Shown piece after piece: positions 9,305 through 21,069 of a DNA stretch of 32,000 nt. The position numbers were made by a program, and so were the translations under genes. The notes under the pieces were generated by a model. It saw only the letters and a list, made by a program, of their open reading frames with translations. It made no database searches and had not been told where the DNA came from. This DNA is from Pasteurella multocida (GTDB lineage Bacteria > Pseudomonadota > Gammaproteobacteria > Enterobacterales > Pasteurellaceae): contig NZ_LT906458.1 of NCBI RefSeq assembly GCF_900187275.1, positions 120,001 through 152,000 on the forward strand, written 5' to 3'. The stretch's first letter is position 1; every line of letters begins with the position of its first letter.

Positions 9305-10351
9305 ATGCGTCATTCACGATTTGAACCAACCGAACACCCACATCGCCGTTATAATCCGTTAACCGATCAGTGGGTACTTGTATCACCACATAGAGCAAAA
9401 CGTCCATGGCAAGGGCAACAAGAAAAAGTGGCTGAGGATGAAAAGCCAAGTTATGATCCAACCTGTTATTTATGCCCATCCAATAAGCGTATTACAGGTG
9501 AACAAAACCCTGATTATCAAAAGCCTTTCGTGTTCAAAAATGATTTTTCTGCGTTATTAGAAGAAACACCTAATCCAGAAAAGTCGACCGATCCTTTATT
9601 CCAAATATCAAAAGCACAAGGCGAAAGTCGCGTGATTTGCTTTTCGCCTGATCATAGCAAAACCTTACCTTTATTAACAGTCGAAGAAATTCATGACGTG
9701 ATAAAAGTGTGGCAAGAGCAGTTGCTAGAATTGGGGCAAAAATATCAATGGGTCCAAATCTTTGAAAATAAAGGTGCCGCTATGGGCTGTTCTAATCCGC
9801 ATCCACATGGGCAAATTTGGGCGAATAGCTTTTTGCCAAATGAAGTAGCGCGTGCGGATCAGACTCAGCGCGCTTATCTTGCTAAGCAAGGTTCGGTGAT
9901 GTTAATGGACTATGCCAAACGTGAAATTGAACTGAAAGAACGCGTGGTGGTTGAAACTGAACATTGGTTAGCGGTGGTGCCTTATTGGGCGGTTTGGCCA
10001 TTTGAAACGTTATTGATGCCGAAGGCGCATGTGAAACGTTTGACGGACTTAACTGAAGAACAAAGCAAAGACTTAGCGCTAGCATTAAAAAAACTGACGA
10101 CAAAATACGATAATTTATTTGAAACCTCTTTCCCTTATTCCATGGGGTTTCATGCGGCGCCTTTTAATGAAGAGAGCAATGAACATTGGCAACTTCATGC
10201 CCATTTTTATCCACCATTATTACGTTCTGCTACTGTACGTAAATTTATGGTAGGTTATGAAATGTTAGGGGAATCTCAACGTGATTTAACTGCAGAGCAA
10301 GCCGCAGAACGTTTACGTGTGCTCAGTGAAGTGCATTATAAGCAAAGATAA
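9305..10351 (+). CDS. galT: Galactose-1-phosphate uridylyltransferase
   Basis: 348 aa; [19 protein letters not shown] active-site motif. Confidence 0.98.
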   Translation: MRHSRFEPTEHPHRRYNPLTDQWVLVSPHRAKRPWQGQQEKVAEDEKPSYDPTCYLCPSNKRITGEQNPDYQKPFVFKNDFSALLEETPNPEKSTDPLFQISKAQGESRVICFSPDHSKTLPLLTVEEIHDVIKVWQEQLLELGQKYQWVQIFENKGAAMGCSNPHPHGQIWANSFLPNEVARADQTQRAYLAKQGSVMLMDYAKREIELKERVVVETEHWLAVVPYWAVWPFETLLMPKAHVKRLTDLTEEQSKDLALALKKLTTKYDNLFETSFPYSMGFHAAPFNEESNEHWQLHAHFYPPLLRSATVRKFMVGYEMLGESQRDLTAEQAAERLRVLSEVHYKQR

Positions 10352-10429
10352 CCTAAGTGAGATACAACGCGATTTCTATTTGTCATTTGATAAGACGCAT
10401 ATTGTTTGCGATAAGGAAAGGGATATAAC

Positions 10430-11587
10430 ATGACTCCACAGCAATCTGCTCAACGCTTATTTCAAGAAAAATTTAATTGTACACCGACCTTAAATGTTTA
10501 TGCACCAGGTCGAGTCAATATTATTGGTGAACATACGGATTATAATGATGGTTTTGTGATGCCTTGTGCAATTAATTATGGCACCGCCATCAGTGGTCGA
10601 AAACGGGATGATAGCCGATTTAAAGTCTATGCTGGCGATTTGCAGCAATGGGATGAATTTGATTTAGCAGAAGAGATTACTCCTGATTCAAGTAAAAAAT
10701 GGACAGGTTATGTACGTGGCGTGGTGAAATTTGTGCAGGCCCATTGTCCAGACTTTAAGTGCGGTGCAGATTTAGTGATTTCTGGTAATGTGCCGTTATC
10801 TGCGGGTTTGAGTTCTTCTGCCTCTTTAGAAGTGGCGGTTGGCAAATTTTGCCAACAATTAGGTAATTTACCTTTAACTAATACGGAAATTGCGCTTATT
10901 GGTCAGAAAGCTGAGAACCAGTTTGTCGGTTGCCAATGTGGCAATATGGATCAATTGATTTCAGCCTTAGGACAAAAAGATCATTTACTGATGATCGATT
11001 GTCGTTCGTTAGAAACGATTCCAACGCCTATTCCCGCTAATGTAGCGGTGATGATTGTGAGTTCTCATGTGAAACACGATTTGGTGGCGGGGGAGTACAA
11101 CACTCGTCGTCAGCAATGTGAAGTCGCCGCGAAATTCTTTGGCGTGAAAGCATTACGTGATGTGTCTCTTGCTCAATTTAAACAAAGAGAAGCAGAGTTG
11201 ACAGCATTGGATCCCGAAGTGGCGAAACGTGCACGTCATGTGGTGACGGAAAACCAACGTGTTTTAGATGCGGTTAAAGCCTTACAAAGTGGCAATCTTG
11301 CACTACTGGGAGAACTTATGGCGCAATCGCATGAGTCAATGCGTGATGATTTTGAGATTACGGTACCGCAAATTGACTATTTAGTGGAACTGGCACAGAT
11401 TGCAATTGGTAAAACCGGTGGCGCTAGAATGACTGGTGGTGGCTTTGGTGGGTGTATTGTGGCGGTTGCACCAGTGGAAAAAGTGGAAGCCGTTCGTCAG
11501 ATTATTGCTGATAATTACGCCCAACAAACGGGTTTAAAAGAAGATTTTTATGTGTGTACTGCCTCACAAGGAGTAAGCGTATGCTGA
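10430..11587 (+). CDS. galK: Galactokinase
   Basis: 385 aa; [24 protein letters not shown] signature, [15 protein letters not shown], and [16 protein letters not shown]. Confidence 0.98.
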   Translation: MTPQQSAQRLFQEKFNCTPTLNVYAPGRVNIIGEHTDYNDGFVMPCAINYGTAISGRKRDDSRFKVYAGDLQQWDEFDLAEEITPDSSKKWTGYVRGVVKFVQAHCPDFKCGADLVISGNVPLSAGLSSSASLEVAVGKFCQQLGNLPLTNTEIALIGQKAENQFVGCQCGNMDQLISALGQKDHLLMIDCRSLETIPTPIPANVAVMIVSSHVKHDLVAGEYNTRRQQCEVAAKFFGVKALRDVSLAQFKQREAELTALDPEVAKRARHVVTENQRVLDAVKALQSGNLALLGELMAQSHESMRDDFEITVPQIDYLVELAQIAIGKTGGARMTGGGFGGCIVAVAPVEKVEAVRQIIADNYAQQTGLKEDFYVCTASQGVSVC

Positions 11588-12612
11588 GCAAGTGTACACT
11601 GGGTGTCGCACCAGATGGACAACCATTTCAATTAGTCACTTTATCCAATGCAAAAGGGATGTCTATCCAAGTGATGGATTGGGGGGCGACATGGTTGTCT
11701 TGTAAGGTGCCTGTGCAAAATCAATTACGTGAGGTGTTATTAGGCTGTCAGCTTGAGGATTACCCTAAGCAACAGGTTTATTTAGGTGCGACTATCGGGC
11801 GTTATGCGAATCGTATTGCGAATGGACGTTTTGTATTAAATGGGGTGCCGATTCAGTTACAGACGAATCAAGGACAACATCAGTTACATGGCGGCGAAAA
11901 TGGTTTTGATTGCCAACGTTGGCAATTGGAAAAGTGCGGTGAAAATTTTGTGTGTTTTTCACTTTCTTCGCCAGACGGTGATCAAGGTTTTCCCGGTCAT
12001 GTGAAAGTACGTGTAACGTACTTACTGAGCGAGCAAAATTGTGTAGAAATTCAATTTGAGGCGGAAAGTGATCAAGACACCCCGCTAAATTTAACCAACC
12101 ATGCTTATTTTAATCTCAATAACGCGGAGCTTGGTGAGGACATTCGAGAACATTATTTGCAAGTCAATGCTGACCATTACTTACCTGTGAATCCAGAGGG
12201 GATCCCTTGTGCAGCGTTGAAATCCGTACAGGGCACCAGTTTTGATTTTCGTGAGATGAAGTCTATTGAGAAAGACTTTTTACAAGATGAACAAGCCCTA
12301 GTAAAAGGGTATGATCATGCCTTTCTATTAAATCAAGACAAAGAAAAACTCAGTGCGGTTCTTACGGCAGCAGACGGTTCTTTACGTTTACAGGTCTCCA
12401 CCTCTCAACCTGCCTTACAAGTATATACTGGGAATTTTCTAGCCGGCACGCCGAATCGTTTCGGCTCATACTATCAGGATTACGTCGGGATTGCGTTAGA
12501 AACACAAGCCTTACCTGATACCCCTAATCATCCTGAGTGGTGGACATTGGGTGGCATGAGCCAAGCCGGAGAAAAATATCAACATTGGACCCGTTTTAAC
12601 TTTTCATCATAA
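11581..12612 (+). CDS. galM: Aldose 1-epimerase (galactose mutarotase)
   Basis: Homology to GalM (NQTHHSYFNL-type [11 protein letters not shown] motif). ATG at 11581 overlaps the galK end by 7 nt; the ORF-track start at 11554 is an upstream in-frame codon. Confidence 0.94.
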   Translation: MLSKCTLGVAPDGQPFQLVTLSNAKGMSIQVMDWGATWLSCKVPVQNQLREVLLGCQLEDYPKQQVYLGATIGRYANRIANGRFVLNGVPIQLQTNQGQHQLHGGENGFDCQRWQLEKCGENFVCFSLSSPDGDQGFPGHVKVRVTYLLSEQNCVEIQFEAESDQDTPLNLTNHAYFNLNNAELGEDIREHYLQVNADHYLPVNPEGIPCAALKSVQGTSFDFREMKSIEKDFLQDEQALVKGYDHAFLLNQDKEKLSAVLTAADGSLRLQVSTSQPALQVYTGNFLAGTPNRFGSYYQDYVGIALETQALPDTPNHPEWWTLGGMSQAGEKYQHWTRFNFSS

Positions 12613-12637
12613 CAATAAATGCGAATTGTCGTTTTTT

Positions 12638-12663
12638 GCCCCACTGTCTAGGGGCTTTTTTTT
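12638..12663 (+). terminator. Terminator of the galTKM operon
   Basis: GCCCC-ACTGTCTA-GGGGC-TTTTTTTT. Confidence 0.75.
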
Positions 12664-12728
12664 GCTATTAAGCAGGAAATATGTTACTTTTCAACGGTCA
12701 ATGTTGACGGAAACGTATTCAAAAATTT

Positions 12729-13631
12729 ATGGCTAACGAAGAACAATCAAATACTTACTCTACTGAATCTCACCAGAAAAAAAGTTTTTTTCAATCGCTG
12801 TTTGGGCGCTTTTTCCAAGGTGAATTAAAAAATCGTGAAGAACTGGTCGAAGTGATTCGCGATTCAGAGCAAAATGAGCTGATTGATCAAAATACACGGG
12901 AGATGATAGAAGGTGTCATGGAAATCGCGGAATTACGCGTGCGTGACATTATGATCCCCCGCTCACAAATAGTATTTATTCACACGGATCAAAATTTAGA
13001 TTCTTGTTTGGATACGATCATTGTGTCAGCACACTCGCGTTTCCCGGTGATTACGGATGAGCGTGATAATATCGCAGGGATTCTACATGCGAAAGATTTG
13101 CTCCGCTTTTTACGTTCCAATGCGGAAGAATTTGATTTAATGCCTTTATTACGTCCTGCGGTAATTGTGCCGGAAAGTAAGCGAGTTGATCGGATGCTCA
13201 AAGATTTCCGTTCAGAACGTTTTCATATGGCGATCGTGGTTGATGAGTTTGGTGCAGTGTCTGGTTTGGTGACAATCGAAGATATTCTTGAGCAAATTGT
13301 AGGGGATATTGAAGATGAATTCGATGAAGAAGAAATTGTCAATATTCGTCAGCTTTCTCGCCATACTTATGCGGTACGCGCTTTAACGGATATTGAAGAC
13401 TTTAATCAACAGTTTAATACTCACTTTGCTGATGAAGAGGTGGATACCATTGGTGGGGTGGTCATGCAAGCCTTTGGTTACTTACCAAAACGCGGTGAAG
13501 AAATCACCATTGAGAATATCGGTTTTAAAGTGACTTCTGCGGATAGTCGTCGTTTGATTCAATTACGCATTACTGTCACGGATGAGCAGTTAGCTGAAAT
13601 TGAAAAAGCCGAAGAACTAAAGGAAGATTAA
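12729..13631 (+). CDS. corC: Magnesium/cobalt efflux-type protein CorC (YbeX, CBS domains)
   Basis: 300 aa; [17 protein letters not shown] domains, [30 protein letters not shown], and a CorC_HlyC C-terminal domain; directly followed by lnt. Confidence 0.95.
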   Translation: MANEEQSNTYSTESHQKKSFFQSLFGRFFQGELKNREELVEVIRDSEQNELIDQNTREMIEGVMEIAELRVRDIMIPRSQIVFIHTDQNLDSCLDTIIVSAHSRFPVITDERDNIAGILHAKDLLRFLRSNAEEFDLMPLLRPAVIVPESKRVDRMLKDFRSERFHMAIVVDEFGAVSGLVTIEDILEQIVGDIEDEFDEEEIVNIRQLSRHTYAVRALTDIEDFNQQFNTHFADEEVDTIGGVVMQAFGYLPKRGEEITIENIGFKVTSADSRRLIQLRITVTDEQLAEIEKAEELKED

Positions 13632-13689
13632 ACACGTCGATACGGAAGACGAGCACGAGTAAAGACTCGTGCTTCATTATTTAAAGAAG

Positions 13690-15231
13690 ATGAAAAAAAA
13701 GATTTTTACTTATTTTATTGCGATTTTTTCAGGCATTATCGGGGTGTTAGCCTTTTCCCCTTTTGATTATTGGGGTTGTGCTTACTTATCGCTTTTAGGT
13801 CTTATTTTTGTTGCTAAAACAGCGGAAAAAAAGACCGCACTTTGGTCGGCATTTTTGTGGGGATTAGCTTTTTTCACTTTTGGGATAAATTGGGTACACG
13901 TTAGTATTCATCAATTTGGTGGTGCCTCTGTCGTGGTGAGCTATGTGTTAGTCCTTGCCTTAGCCGCCTATCTTGCATTGTATCCGATGCTCTTTGCTTA
14001 TTTGATCCAGCGTTTTCAAGTCAGTAGCTTAGCGATGTTCCCCGTGATTTGGACCTTTACCGAATTTTTACGCGGCTGGCTCTTTACCGGATTTCCGTGG
14101 TTACAATTTGGTTATAGTCAAATCGATAGCCCATTTGCTCATCTCGCGCCGATGTTTGGTGTTACTGGCGTCACTTTCTTTGTAATGTGGGTCAGTGCGG
14201 TGATTTTTAATTTACTTTCCGTCTTGCTTATTAAACCAAGAAAGTGGAATGTTGTGATAGCTAATCTCCTTTTACTCACACTAGTTGGTGGATTGTCAGC
14301 TTATTCTTCCAAGGCTGAGTATGTCAGAAAAATAGAAGACAGGGATTTGCTTGTGACGTTAGCACAGGGCAATATTGAGCAAAATTTAAAATGGGAACCA
14401 GAATATCTGTATCAAACTTTAGATATCTATCATAAGTTAATTAGTCAGCATCTCGGTAAAACTGACGTCATTATTTTGCCTGAATCTGCATTGCCAGTGT
14501 TAGAAAATCATATTCAGCCTTTTTTCCAAGGACTACAAGCACATGCACAACAAGCTGGAACGGAAATCGTCATGGGGACGATCTATCAAGATGAAACAGC
14601 AAATAAGTTATTAAATTCAATTATTACTTTGGGAAATACGGATTTCCCTTATTCATTAGAAACGACAAATCGTTACAGTAAGCATCATCTTGTGCCTTTT
14701 GGTGAATATGTTCCTTTAGAGACATTATTGCGTCCATTAGGGAGTGTGTTTAACTTACCCATGTCTGCTTTCCAAAGTGGTGATGAAATTCAATCGCCGT
14801 TAGTGGTCAAAAATCGCCAGCTAAGTGCGGCAATTTGTTATGAGATTATTTTGGGTGAACAATTAAGAAAGAATGTGAAACAAGACACGGATTTCATTCT
14901 CACAGTCTCAAATGATGCGTGGTTTGGTGACTCTATTGGACCTTGGCAACATTTACAGATGGCAAGAATGCGTGCTTTAGAGTTTGGGAAACCAGTCATT
15001 CGTGCCACCAATACTGGCATTAGCGTGTTTATTGATGAGCAAGGTAAAATTGTTGCACAAGCGCCACAATTCATTGAAACGACGTTAACGCATAAAGTGG
15101 CGGCTACGGAAGGTCAAACGCCTTACGCTGTGTTTGGTAATACCGCTATCTATGGACTGTCGTTGCTACTGCTCTTAATGCGTGGGTTCGGCGCACTGAT
15201 TCGTCGTCGTTTATTCATGCCCCGTCTGTAA
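13690..15231 (+). CDS. lnt: Apolipoprotein N-acyltransferase
   Basis: Multi-spanning N-terminus plus nitrilase domain (TLAQGNIEQNLKW, ILPESALP, AICYEIILGEQ, SNDAWFGDS). ATG at 13690 is preferred over the ORF-track GTG at 13669. Confidence 0.96.
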   Translation: MKKKIFTYFIAIFSGIIGVLAFSPFDYWGCAYLSLLGLIFVAKTAEKKTALWSAFLWGLAFFTFGINWVHVSIHQFGGASVVVSYVLVLALAAYLALYPMLFAYLIQRFQVSSLAMFPVIWTFTEFLRGWLFTGFPWLQFGYSQIDSPFAHLAPMFGVTGVTFFVMWVSAVIFNLLSVLLIKPRKWNVVIANLLLLTLVGGLSAYSSKAEYVRKIEDRDLLVTLAQGNIEQNLKWEPEYLYQTLDIYHKLISQHLGKTDVIILPESALPVLENHIQPFFQGLQAHAQQAGTEIVMGTIYQDETANKLLNSIITLGNTDFPYSLETTNRYSKHHLVPFGEYVPLETLLRPLGSVFNLPMSAFQSGDEIQSPLVVKNRQLSAAICYEIILGEQLRKNVKQDTDFILTVSNDAWFGDSIGPWQHLQMARMRALEFGKPVIRATNTGISVFIDEQGKIVAQAPQFIETTLTHKVAATEGQTPYAVFGNTAIYGLSLLLLLMRGFGALIRRRLFMPRL

Positions 15232-15243
15232 GTCAGAACAAAC

Positions 15244-15273
15244 AAAAAAGCACTGAAATATCAGTGCTTTTTT
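15244..15273. terminator. Bidirectional terminator between convergent lnt and infA
   Basis: AAAAAAGCACTGA-AATA-TCAGTGCTTTTTT. Confidence 0.88.
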
Positions 15274-15284
15274 GTCAAAATAGG

Positions 15285-15530
<246 letters not shown>

Positions 15531-15635
15531 TTACAGCATTTTGATTTTAATTGCTGTATATTATACGGTTGTGCTGAATTATACAAGTTTTGTGATGTAC
15601 GGCAAGTTTTTATTCCATCCGTTTCAAGATAAAAG

Positions 15636-16673
15636 ATGAAAAAGATCCTTATTACTGGTGGGGCAGGTTTTATTGGCTCCGCCGTTATTCGCTACATTTT
15701 AAGCCAAACATCAGATCAGATTATAAATCTCGATAAACTCACCTATGCCAGTAATTTGGACGCTTTAGCCTCTGTTGTTGACAACCCACGTTACCATTTT
15801 GAACAAGGTGACATTGCAGATGCCACGACCTTGAGCAACATTTTTCAGCGCTATCAACCGGATTGTGTTATGCATTTGGCAGCAGAAAGTCATGTTGATC
15901 GCTCAATTGCTGGCGCAGCCGCGTTTATTCAAACAAATATTGTTGGTACCTATACTTTACTTGAGGTGACTCGGCAATATTGGCTCACATTAGACGAAAA
16001 AAGCAAAGCGGCTTTTCGTTTTCACCATGTTTCAACAGATGAGGTATTTGGTGACCTTGACTTCACACAACCTGCGTTTACAGAAACTTCCCCCTATCGT
16101 CCAAGTAGCCCTTATTCTGCCTCAAAAGCAGCTAGCGATCATTTAGTACGAGCTTGGCATCGAACTTATGGTTTGCCCATTGTGATGAGCAACAGTACGA
16201 ATAATTATGGTTTTTATCAACATACTGAAAAACTCATTCCTTTTATGTTAAGTCAGGCTTTACAGGGAAAACCGTTGACGCTCTATGGCGATGGGCAGCA
16301 AGTGCGAGATTGGTTGTTTGTTGATGATCATGCACAAGCTTTGTATCTTGTACTAACAAAGGGCAAAGTGGGGGAAACCTATAATATTGGTGCACGTTGT
16401 GAGTACAGTAATATTCATCTTGTGATGCGGTTATGTGAGATCTTAAATCAGTTAAGACAGGCGGGAGGATTGACAGCGTTTTCGGATCAACTCAGCGAAA
16501 TAACCGACTTTAAGCAGCTGATCACTTTTGTGAAAGATCGTCCCGGTCATGACTTGCGTTATGCGATAAATGCCTCAAAAATTCAAGACGAATTAGGCTG
16601 GGTGGCAAAAACGGATTTTGAGACGGGATTACGAAAAACAGTCGCATGGTATGTGAATTATTTGTCACCATGA
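15636..16673 (+). CDS. rffG: dTDP-glucose 4,6-dehydratase
   Basis: 345 aa; [49 protein letters not shown]. The rffG/rfbB distinction is not resolvable from sequence alone. Confidence 0.95.
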   Translation: MKKILITGGAGFIGSAVIRYILSQTSDQIINLDKLTYASNLDALASVVDNPRYHFEQGDIADATTLSNIFQRYQPDCVMHLAAESHVDRSIAGAAAFIQTNIVGTYTLLEVTRQYWLTLDEKSKAAFRFHHVSTDEVFGDLDFTQPAFTETSPYRPSSPYSASKAASDHLVRAWHRTYGLPIVMSNSTNNYGFYQHTEKLIPFMLSQALQGKPLTLYGDGQQVRDWLFVDDHAQALYLVLTKGKVGETYNIGARCEYSNIHLVMRLCEILNQLRQAGGLTAFSDQLSEITDFKQLITFVKDRPGHDLRYAINASKIQDELGWVAKTDFETGLRKTVAWYVNYLSP

Positions 16674-16702
16674 AAGAAAAGATATTTTGTGGAAAAGGTA
16701 CT

Positions 16703-16744
16703 AAAGTGCGGAAAAACTGGTATAGTGAATCGCACTTTATTTTT
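16703..16744 (+). terminator. Terminator-like hairpin with uptake-sequence-like arms after rffG
   Basis: AAAGTGCG - 20 nt - CGCACTTT-ATTTTT. Confidence 0.5.
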
Positions 16745-16777
16745 ATTTAGATAATACAAAAAATAAAAGGATCGTTT

Positions 16778-18082
16778 ATGCCAATGCAAATTATGTTATC
16801 GACTCAAGTAGCAGATGAAGCTTGGGGAAAAAATGCACTATTAAGTTTTCATCAGGCGCAAGCCACTATTCATGTTACTGACTATTCCGCGCGTAATACT
16901 GTACAAAAAGCAGCGCGTAAATTACGTGGTCAGGGGATTAAAGATGTGGTACTTGCTGGCGAAAATTGGGATTTAGAAACCTGCTGGGCATTTTATCAAG
17001 GTTTTTATAGCGCAAAACAAGATTATGCGGTGGAATTTCCAACTTTAGGCGATGCACCGCAAGCGGAATTATTAGCGCGCATTCAATGCGGTGATTTTGT
17101 ACGTGAAATGATTAATTTGCCCGCGGAAGTGATTACCCCTGTGGAATTGGCGAGCCGTGCAGCCCACTTTATCGAAGAACAAGCAGAAGAATATGGGGAT
17201 AAAAGTGCGGTCAGTTTTAACATTATTTCGGGCGAAGAATTAAAAGCACAGAATTATCAAGGTATTTGGAATGTGGGACGCGGTTCTGCTAACCCGCCAG
17301 CGATGTTGCAATTAGATTTCAACCCAACAGGCAATCCTGATGCGCCGGTATTAGCCTGTTTAGTGGGGAAAGGCATTACTTTTGACAGTGGCGGTTATAG
17401 CATTAAACCAAGTGATAATATGAGCACGATGCGTACAGATATGGGCGGCGCGGCATTGTTAACAGGCTCATTAGGGTTAGCCATCGCCCGTGGTTTAACA
17501 CAACGTGTGAAACTCTATTTATGCTGTGCAGAAAATCTGGTGAGCAGCAATGCGTTTAAATTGGGTGATATTATCACTTACAGCAATGGCGTGACTGCTG
17601 AAATTTTAAATACGGATGCGGAAGGGCGTTTGGTACTTGCAGATGGATTAATTGAAGCCGATAAACAACAGCCAAAAATGATCATTGATTGTGCAACGTT
17701 AACTGGAGCTGCAAAAATGGCGGTAGGCAATGATTACCACTCAGTATTGTCTATGGATGATGCATTGGTAGCTGCGCTCTTTAAGTCTGCGGAAGCCGAA
17801 CAAGAACCTTTCTGGCGTTTACCGTTTGCGGAATTACATCGTTCACAAATAAGCACGGCATTTGCCGATATTGCGAATACAGGGACGGTGCCAGTAGGGG
17901 CGGGTGCAAGTACAGCCACAGCTTTTTTATCTTACTTTGTGAAAAATTATCAACAACATTGGTTACATATTGATTGTTCAGCCACTTATCGTAAAACAGC
18001 AAGCGATTTATGGGCTGTGGGCGCAACGGGGATTGGTGTGCAAACGCTCGCCAACTTATTATTAAATCCAGTCAAGGGATAA
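16778..18082 (+). CDS. pepB: Peptidase B (leucyl aminopeptidase family, M17)
   Basis: 434 aa; [30 protein letters not shown]; next to ndk. Confidence 0.96.
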   Translation: MPMQIMLSTQVADEAWGKNALLSFHQAQATIHVTDYSARNTVQKAARKLRGQGIKDVVLAGENWDLETCWAFYQGFYSAKQDYAVEFPTLGDAPQAELLARIQCGDFVREMINLPAEVITPVELASRAAHFIEEQAEEYGDKSAVSFNIISGEELKAQNYQGIWNVGRGSANPPAMLQLDFNPTGNPDAPVLACLVGKGITFDSGGYSIKPSDNMSTMRTDMGGAALLTGSLGLAIARGLTQRVKLYLCCAENLVSSNAFKLGDIITYSNGVTAEILNTDAEGRLVLADGLIEADKQQPKMIIDCATLTGAAKMAVGNDYHSVLSMDDALVAALFKSAEAEQEPFWRLPFAELHRSQISTAFADIANTGTVPVGAGASTATAFLSYFVKNYQQHWLHIDCSATYRKTASDLWAVGATGIGVQTLANLLLNPVKG

Positions 18083-18091
18083 GGACCAGAT

Positions 18092-18511
18092 ATGGCAGTA
18101 GAAAGAACACTCTCATTGATTAAACCTGACGCAGTAAAACGACATTTAATTGGTGCTATTCTAAGCCGTTTTGAACAAGCGGGGTTTCGCGTGGTGGCAG
18201 CGAAAATGTTACATCTGACACAAGCGCAAGCTGAAGGGTTTTACGCGGAGCATCAAGATAAAGCGTTTTTTCCTGAGCTTGTCGCGTATATGATCTCTGC
18301 ACCGGTTTTAGCATTAGTGCTAGAGAAAGAAAATGCGGTGAAAGATTATCGCACCTTAATTGGAGCAACGAACCCTGCCGTAGCCGCAGAGGGGACAATT
18401 CGTCGCGATTTTGCGATTGATGGGCGACATAATTCAGTGCATGGGTCGGACAGTCTGGACAGTGCAAAACGCGAAATTGCTTATTTTTTCGTGGAGAGTG
18501 AAATTTTTTAA
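18092..18511 (+). CDS. ndk: Nucleoside diphosphate kinase
   Basis: 139 aa; [26 protein letters not shown] active-site region. Confidence 0.99.
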   Translation: MAVERTLSLIKPDAVKRHLIGAILSRFEQAGFRVVAAKMLHLTQAQAEGFYAEHQDKAFFPELVAYMISAPVLALVLEKENAVKDYRTLIGATNPAVAAEGTIRRDFAIDGRHNSVHGSDSLDSAKREIAYFFVESEIF

Positions 18512-18539
18512 TCGTCTTTTCTTGCTTGTCTGAAAACGA

Positions 18540-18578
18540 TTTCCCTTCGTGTGTTTTATCACGAAGGGAAATTTTTTT
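18540..18578 (+). terminator. Terminator after ndk
   Basis: TTTCCCTTCGTG-TGTTTTAT-CACGAAGGGAAA-TTTTTTT: perfect 12-bp stem. Confidence 0.92.
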
Positions 18579-18588
18579 GCGATAAAGA

Positions 18589-18640
18589 TTGAATTTTCTC
18601 AATAAAAGCGTATTATAGCCGTCCAGACGCAGAAACATCT
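18589..18640 (+). promoter_or_regulatory. metK promoter with three tandem MetJ-like boxes
   Basis: TTGAAT(18589) - 16 nt - TATTAT(18611-18616), then contiguous 8-mers AGCCGTCC / AGACGCAG / AAACATCT (18617-18640), scoring 6/8, 5/8 and 6/8 to AGACGTCT. Confidence 0.5.
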
Positions 18641-18662
18641 AAAAGAACACAAGAAGGATATT

Positions 18663-19817
18663 ATGTCTCGTTATTTATTCACTTCCGAATCCGTATCAGA
18701 AGGACATCCAGATAAAATTGCCGATCAAATTTCCGATGCGGTATTAGACGAAATTTTAAAACAAGATCCCAAAGCCCGCGTTGCTTGTGAAACCTATGTA
18801 AAAACAGGGATGGCATTAGTGGGTGGCGAGATCACAACATCGGCTTGGGTAGATATTGAAAACTTAACCCGCCAGGTGATTTGTGATATTGGCTATAAAC
18901 ATTCTGATATGGGCTTTGATGGTCATTCTTGTGCCGTGTTAAATGCGATTGGTAAACAATCTTCCGATATTAATCAAGGTGTGGATCGTGAAAATCCATT
19001 AGATCAAGGTGCAGGTGACCAAGGGATTATGTTTGGTTATGCCACTAATGAAACTGAAGTGCTGATGCCTGCAGCCATTACTTATGCGCACCGTTTAATG
19101 GAGCGTCAAGCCAAGGTGCGTAAAGAGGGTACCTTGCCATGGTTACGTCCTGATGCAAAAAGCCAAGTCACGCTAAAATATGAAGATCACAAAATTGTTG
19201 GGGTCGATGCGGTCGTCCTTTCTACGCAACACTGTGACAGCATTTCACAACATGATTTGCATGAAGCAGTGATGGAAGAAATTATTAAGCCTGTTTTACC
19301 TGCAGAGTGGTTATCAAAAGAAACCAAATATTTCATCAACCCAACAGGACGCTTTGTGATTGGTGGTCCGATGGGGGACTGCGGGTTAACAGGGCGTAAA
19401 ATTATTGTGGATACTTACGGCGGTGCCGCGCGTCATGGTGGCGGTGCATTCTCGGGTAAAGATCCTTCCAAAGTAGACCGCTCAGCTGCTTATGCGGCGC
19501 GTTATGTGGCGAAAAATATTGTTGCTGCGGGGCTTGCAGATCGTTGCGAAATTCAACTTTCGTATGCGATTGGGGTTGCTGATCCGACGTCTATCATGGT
19601 GGAAACTTTTGGTACCGGTAAAGTTGCTAACGAATTATTAGTAGCATTGGTGCGTGAATTCTTTGATTTACGTCCGTACGGTTTAATTAAAATGCTTGAT
19701 TTAATTCAGCCTATTTACCGTGAAACGGCGGCTTATGGTCACTTTGGGCGTGAACAATTCCCATGGGAAAAAGTTGATCGTGCAGAAGAATTACGCGCTG
19801 CAGCAGGACTTAAATAA
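18663..19817 (+). CDS. metK: S-adenosylmethionine synthetase
   Basis: 384 aa; [58 protein letters not shown]. Confidence 0.99.
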   Translation: MSRYLFTSESVSEGHPDKIADQISDAVLDEILKQDPKARVACETYVKTGMALVGGEITTSAWVDIENLTRQVICDIGYKHSDMGFDGHSCAVLNAIGKQSSDINQGVDRENPLDQGAGDQGIMFGYATNETEVLMPAAITYAHRLMERQAKVRKEGTLPWLRPDAKSQVTLKYEDHKIVGVDAVVLSTQHCDSISQHDLHEAVMEEIIKPVLPAEWLSKETKYFINPTGRFVIGGPMGDCGLTGRKIIVDTYGGAARHGGGAFSGKDPSKVDRSAAYAARYVAKNIVAAGLADRCEIQLSYAIGVADPTSIMVETFGTGKVANELLVALVREFFDLRPYGLIKMLDLIQPIYRETAAYGHFGREQFPWEKVDRAEELRAAAGLK

Positions 19818-19840
19818 CCGTTACTCGGACAAGAAACGTA

Positions 19841-19871
19841 AAGGCGGACAACAACGTTCGCCTTCTTTTTT
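19841..19871 (+). terminator. Terminator after metK, abutting the sprT start codon
   Basis: AAGGCGGA-CAACAACG-TTCGCCTT-C-TTTTTT, immediately followed by ATG at 19872. Confidence 0.7.
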
Positions 19872-20381
19872 ATGCCAATTATGCAACCACAAACTCAGCT
19901 TCGTCATTTAAATAGGCAAGTTCAACGTAAACTCACTCAGTGTTTGCAACTTGCGAGCGGCTATTTCAATCGTACGTTCTCTATGCCAACAGTGCATTAT
20001 AATGTACGAGGCATGAAAGCTGGTGTGGCATATTTGCAACAAAATGAAATTCGGCTGAATCCGATTCTGTTACTTGAAAATTCAGCAGCATTTATTCAGC
20101 AAGTGGTGCCCCATGAACTCGCTCATTTAATTGTTTATCAAGTATTTGGTCGCGTTAAACCACACGGTGAAGAATGGCAGAGCGTAATGCAAGATGTTTT
20201 TCATTTAACACCGGAAGTGTGTCATCAATTTGATGTAACGCGAGTAAGAGGACCGACTTTTGCTTACTACTGCCAATGCAAAGTACATCATTTGACACAA
20301 AGAAGACACCATAATATACAAAAAAATAACATTGTATATTTATGTAAAAATTGTAAATCTCGGTTGATTAAGAAGACTTAA
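19872..20381 (+). CDS. sprT: SprT family zinc metalloprotease
   Basis: 169 aa; [25 protein letters not shown] and a C-terminal zinc-ribbon CX2C pattern. Start may be 19872 or 19881. Confidence 0.92.
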   Translation: MPIMQPQTQLRHLNRQVQRKLTQCLQLASGYFNRTFSMPTVHYNVRGMKAGVAYLQQNEIRLNPILLLENSAAFIQQVVPHELAHLIVYQVFGRVKPHGEEWQSVMQDVFHLTPEVCHQFDVTRVRGPTFAYYCQCKVHHLTQRRHHNIQKNNIVYLCKNCKSRLIKKT

Positions 20382-20444
20382 TATGGCTTGATAATATCGT
20401 TGCCAAGATTTTATAACTCCATTAACACTAAAGAGGACATGACA

Positions 20445-21038
20445 ATGAAAAAATCAGTATTTGTATTAGCGTTAGGCACATTATGTGCAGCAACAGCAAG
20501 CGCTAATTTTTATGTACAGGGTGATTTGGGGTATTCCAAGTTAAAATTTGAAGATGTGAGTAAAAGTAAATTTTCACCAAGTTTAGCAGTGGGTTATAAA
20601 TTTGATGATTTCCGTTTAGCATTAGATTATAGCCATTATGGAAAATTAACCCATACTGAGCAAGAGAGTGCAACAATTCCAAATGCTGGTGGTCATCAAA
20701 CTGTTTCTGGACCAGAAAAATATTCGCTCAAAGTGACCTCATGGGGGCTGTCTGCATTATATGATTTCAATTTTGGTACAGAAATTAAGCCTTATGTCGG
20801 GATGAGACTCTCTCAAAATCATTTCAAATCCACTTTAGATTTTAAAGCGCCAGGCTATTCAGAATATCGCAGTACAAAAGTACATAAATTGGGCTATGGC
20901 TTTTTAGCGGGGGCACAATATGCGTTAGTGAAGAATGTGTCTCTGAACGCGGGTATCGAATATAATCGTTTAGGTAAAATTGATGGCGTTAAAATCAACC
21001 AATACGGCGCGAAAGTGGGTTTACGTTACGATTTCTAA
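20445..21038 (+). CDS. Opacity-type outer-membrane beta-barrel porin-like protein
   Basis: Signal peptide MKKSVFVLALGTLCAATASA and amphipathic strands ending ...YGAKVGLRYDF (C-terminal F). AGAGG SD precedes ATG 20445; the ORF-track start at 20388 is a TTG. Confidence 0.82.
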   Translation: MKKSVFVLALGTLCAATASANFYVQGDLGYSKLKFEDVSKSKFSPSLAVGYKFDDFRLALDYSHYGKLTHTEQESATIPNAGGHQTVSGPEKYSLKVTSWGLSALYDFNFGTEIKPYVGMRLSQNHFKSTLDFKAPGYSEYRSTKVHKLGYGFLAGAQYALVKNVSLNAGIEYNRLGKIDGVKINQYGAKVGLRYDF

Positions 21039-21069
21039 GCAGATTGCCTAATTAAACGTTGTTTAAATG

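Noticed and set aside
9305-12612. Absence of galE from the gal gene cluster as a novelty
   Set aside because: A galTKM cluster without galE next to mglBAC and the regulator is, as I recall, also the arrangement in Haemophilus influenzae; galE is elsewhere. Ordinary for the family.
15636-16673. rffG standing alone as a foreign insertion
   Set aside because: Association of rffG, pepB and ndk is familiar in Haemophilus-type genomes, and no mobile-element traces or repeats flank it.
17781-18026. Minus-strand ORF inside pepB
   Set aside because: Antisense to a conserved gene; typical shadow ORF. Same reasoning for 14838-15074, 22163-22435, 22246-22479, 25614-25871 and 26381-26653.
18156-18638. 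160-aa minus-strand ORF across ndk and its downstream region
   Set aside because: Antisense to the well-conserved ndk and through its terminator; no recognisable domain. A shadow ORF.
20391-20445. Phase-variation repeat expected upstream of the opacity-type gene
   Set aside because: I looked for simple-sequence repeats near the start and inside the 5' coding region and found none.
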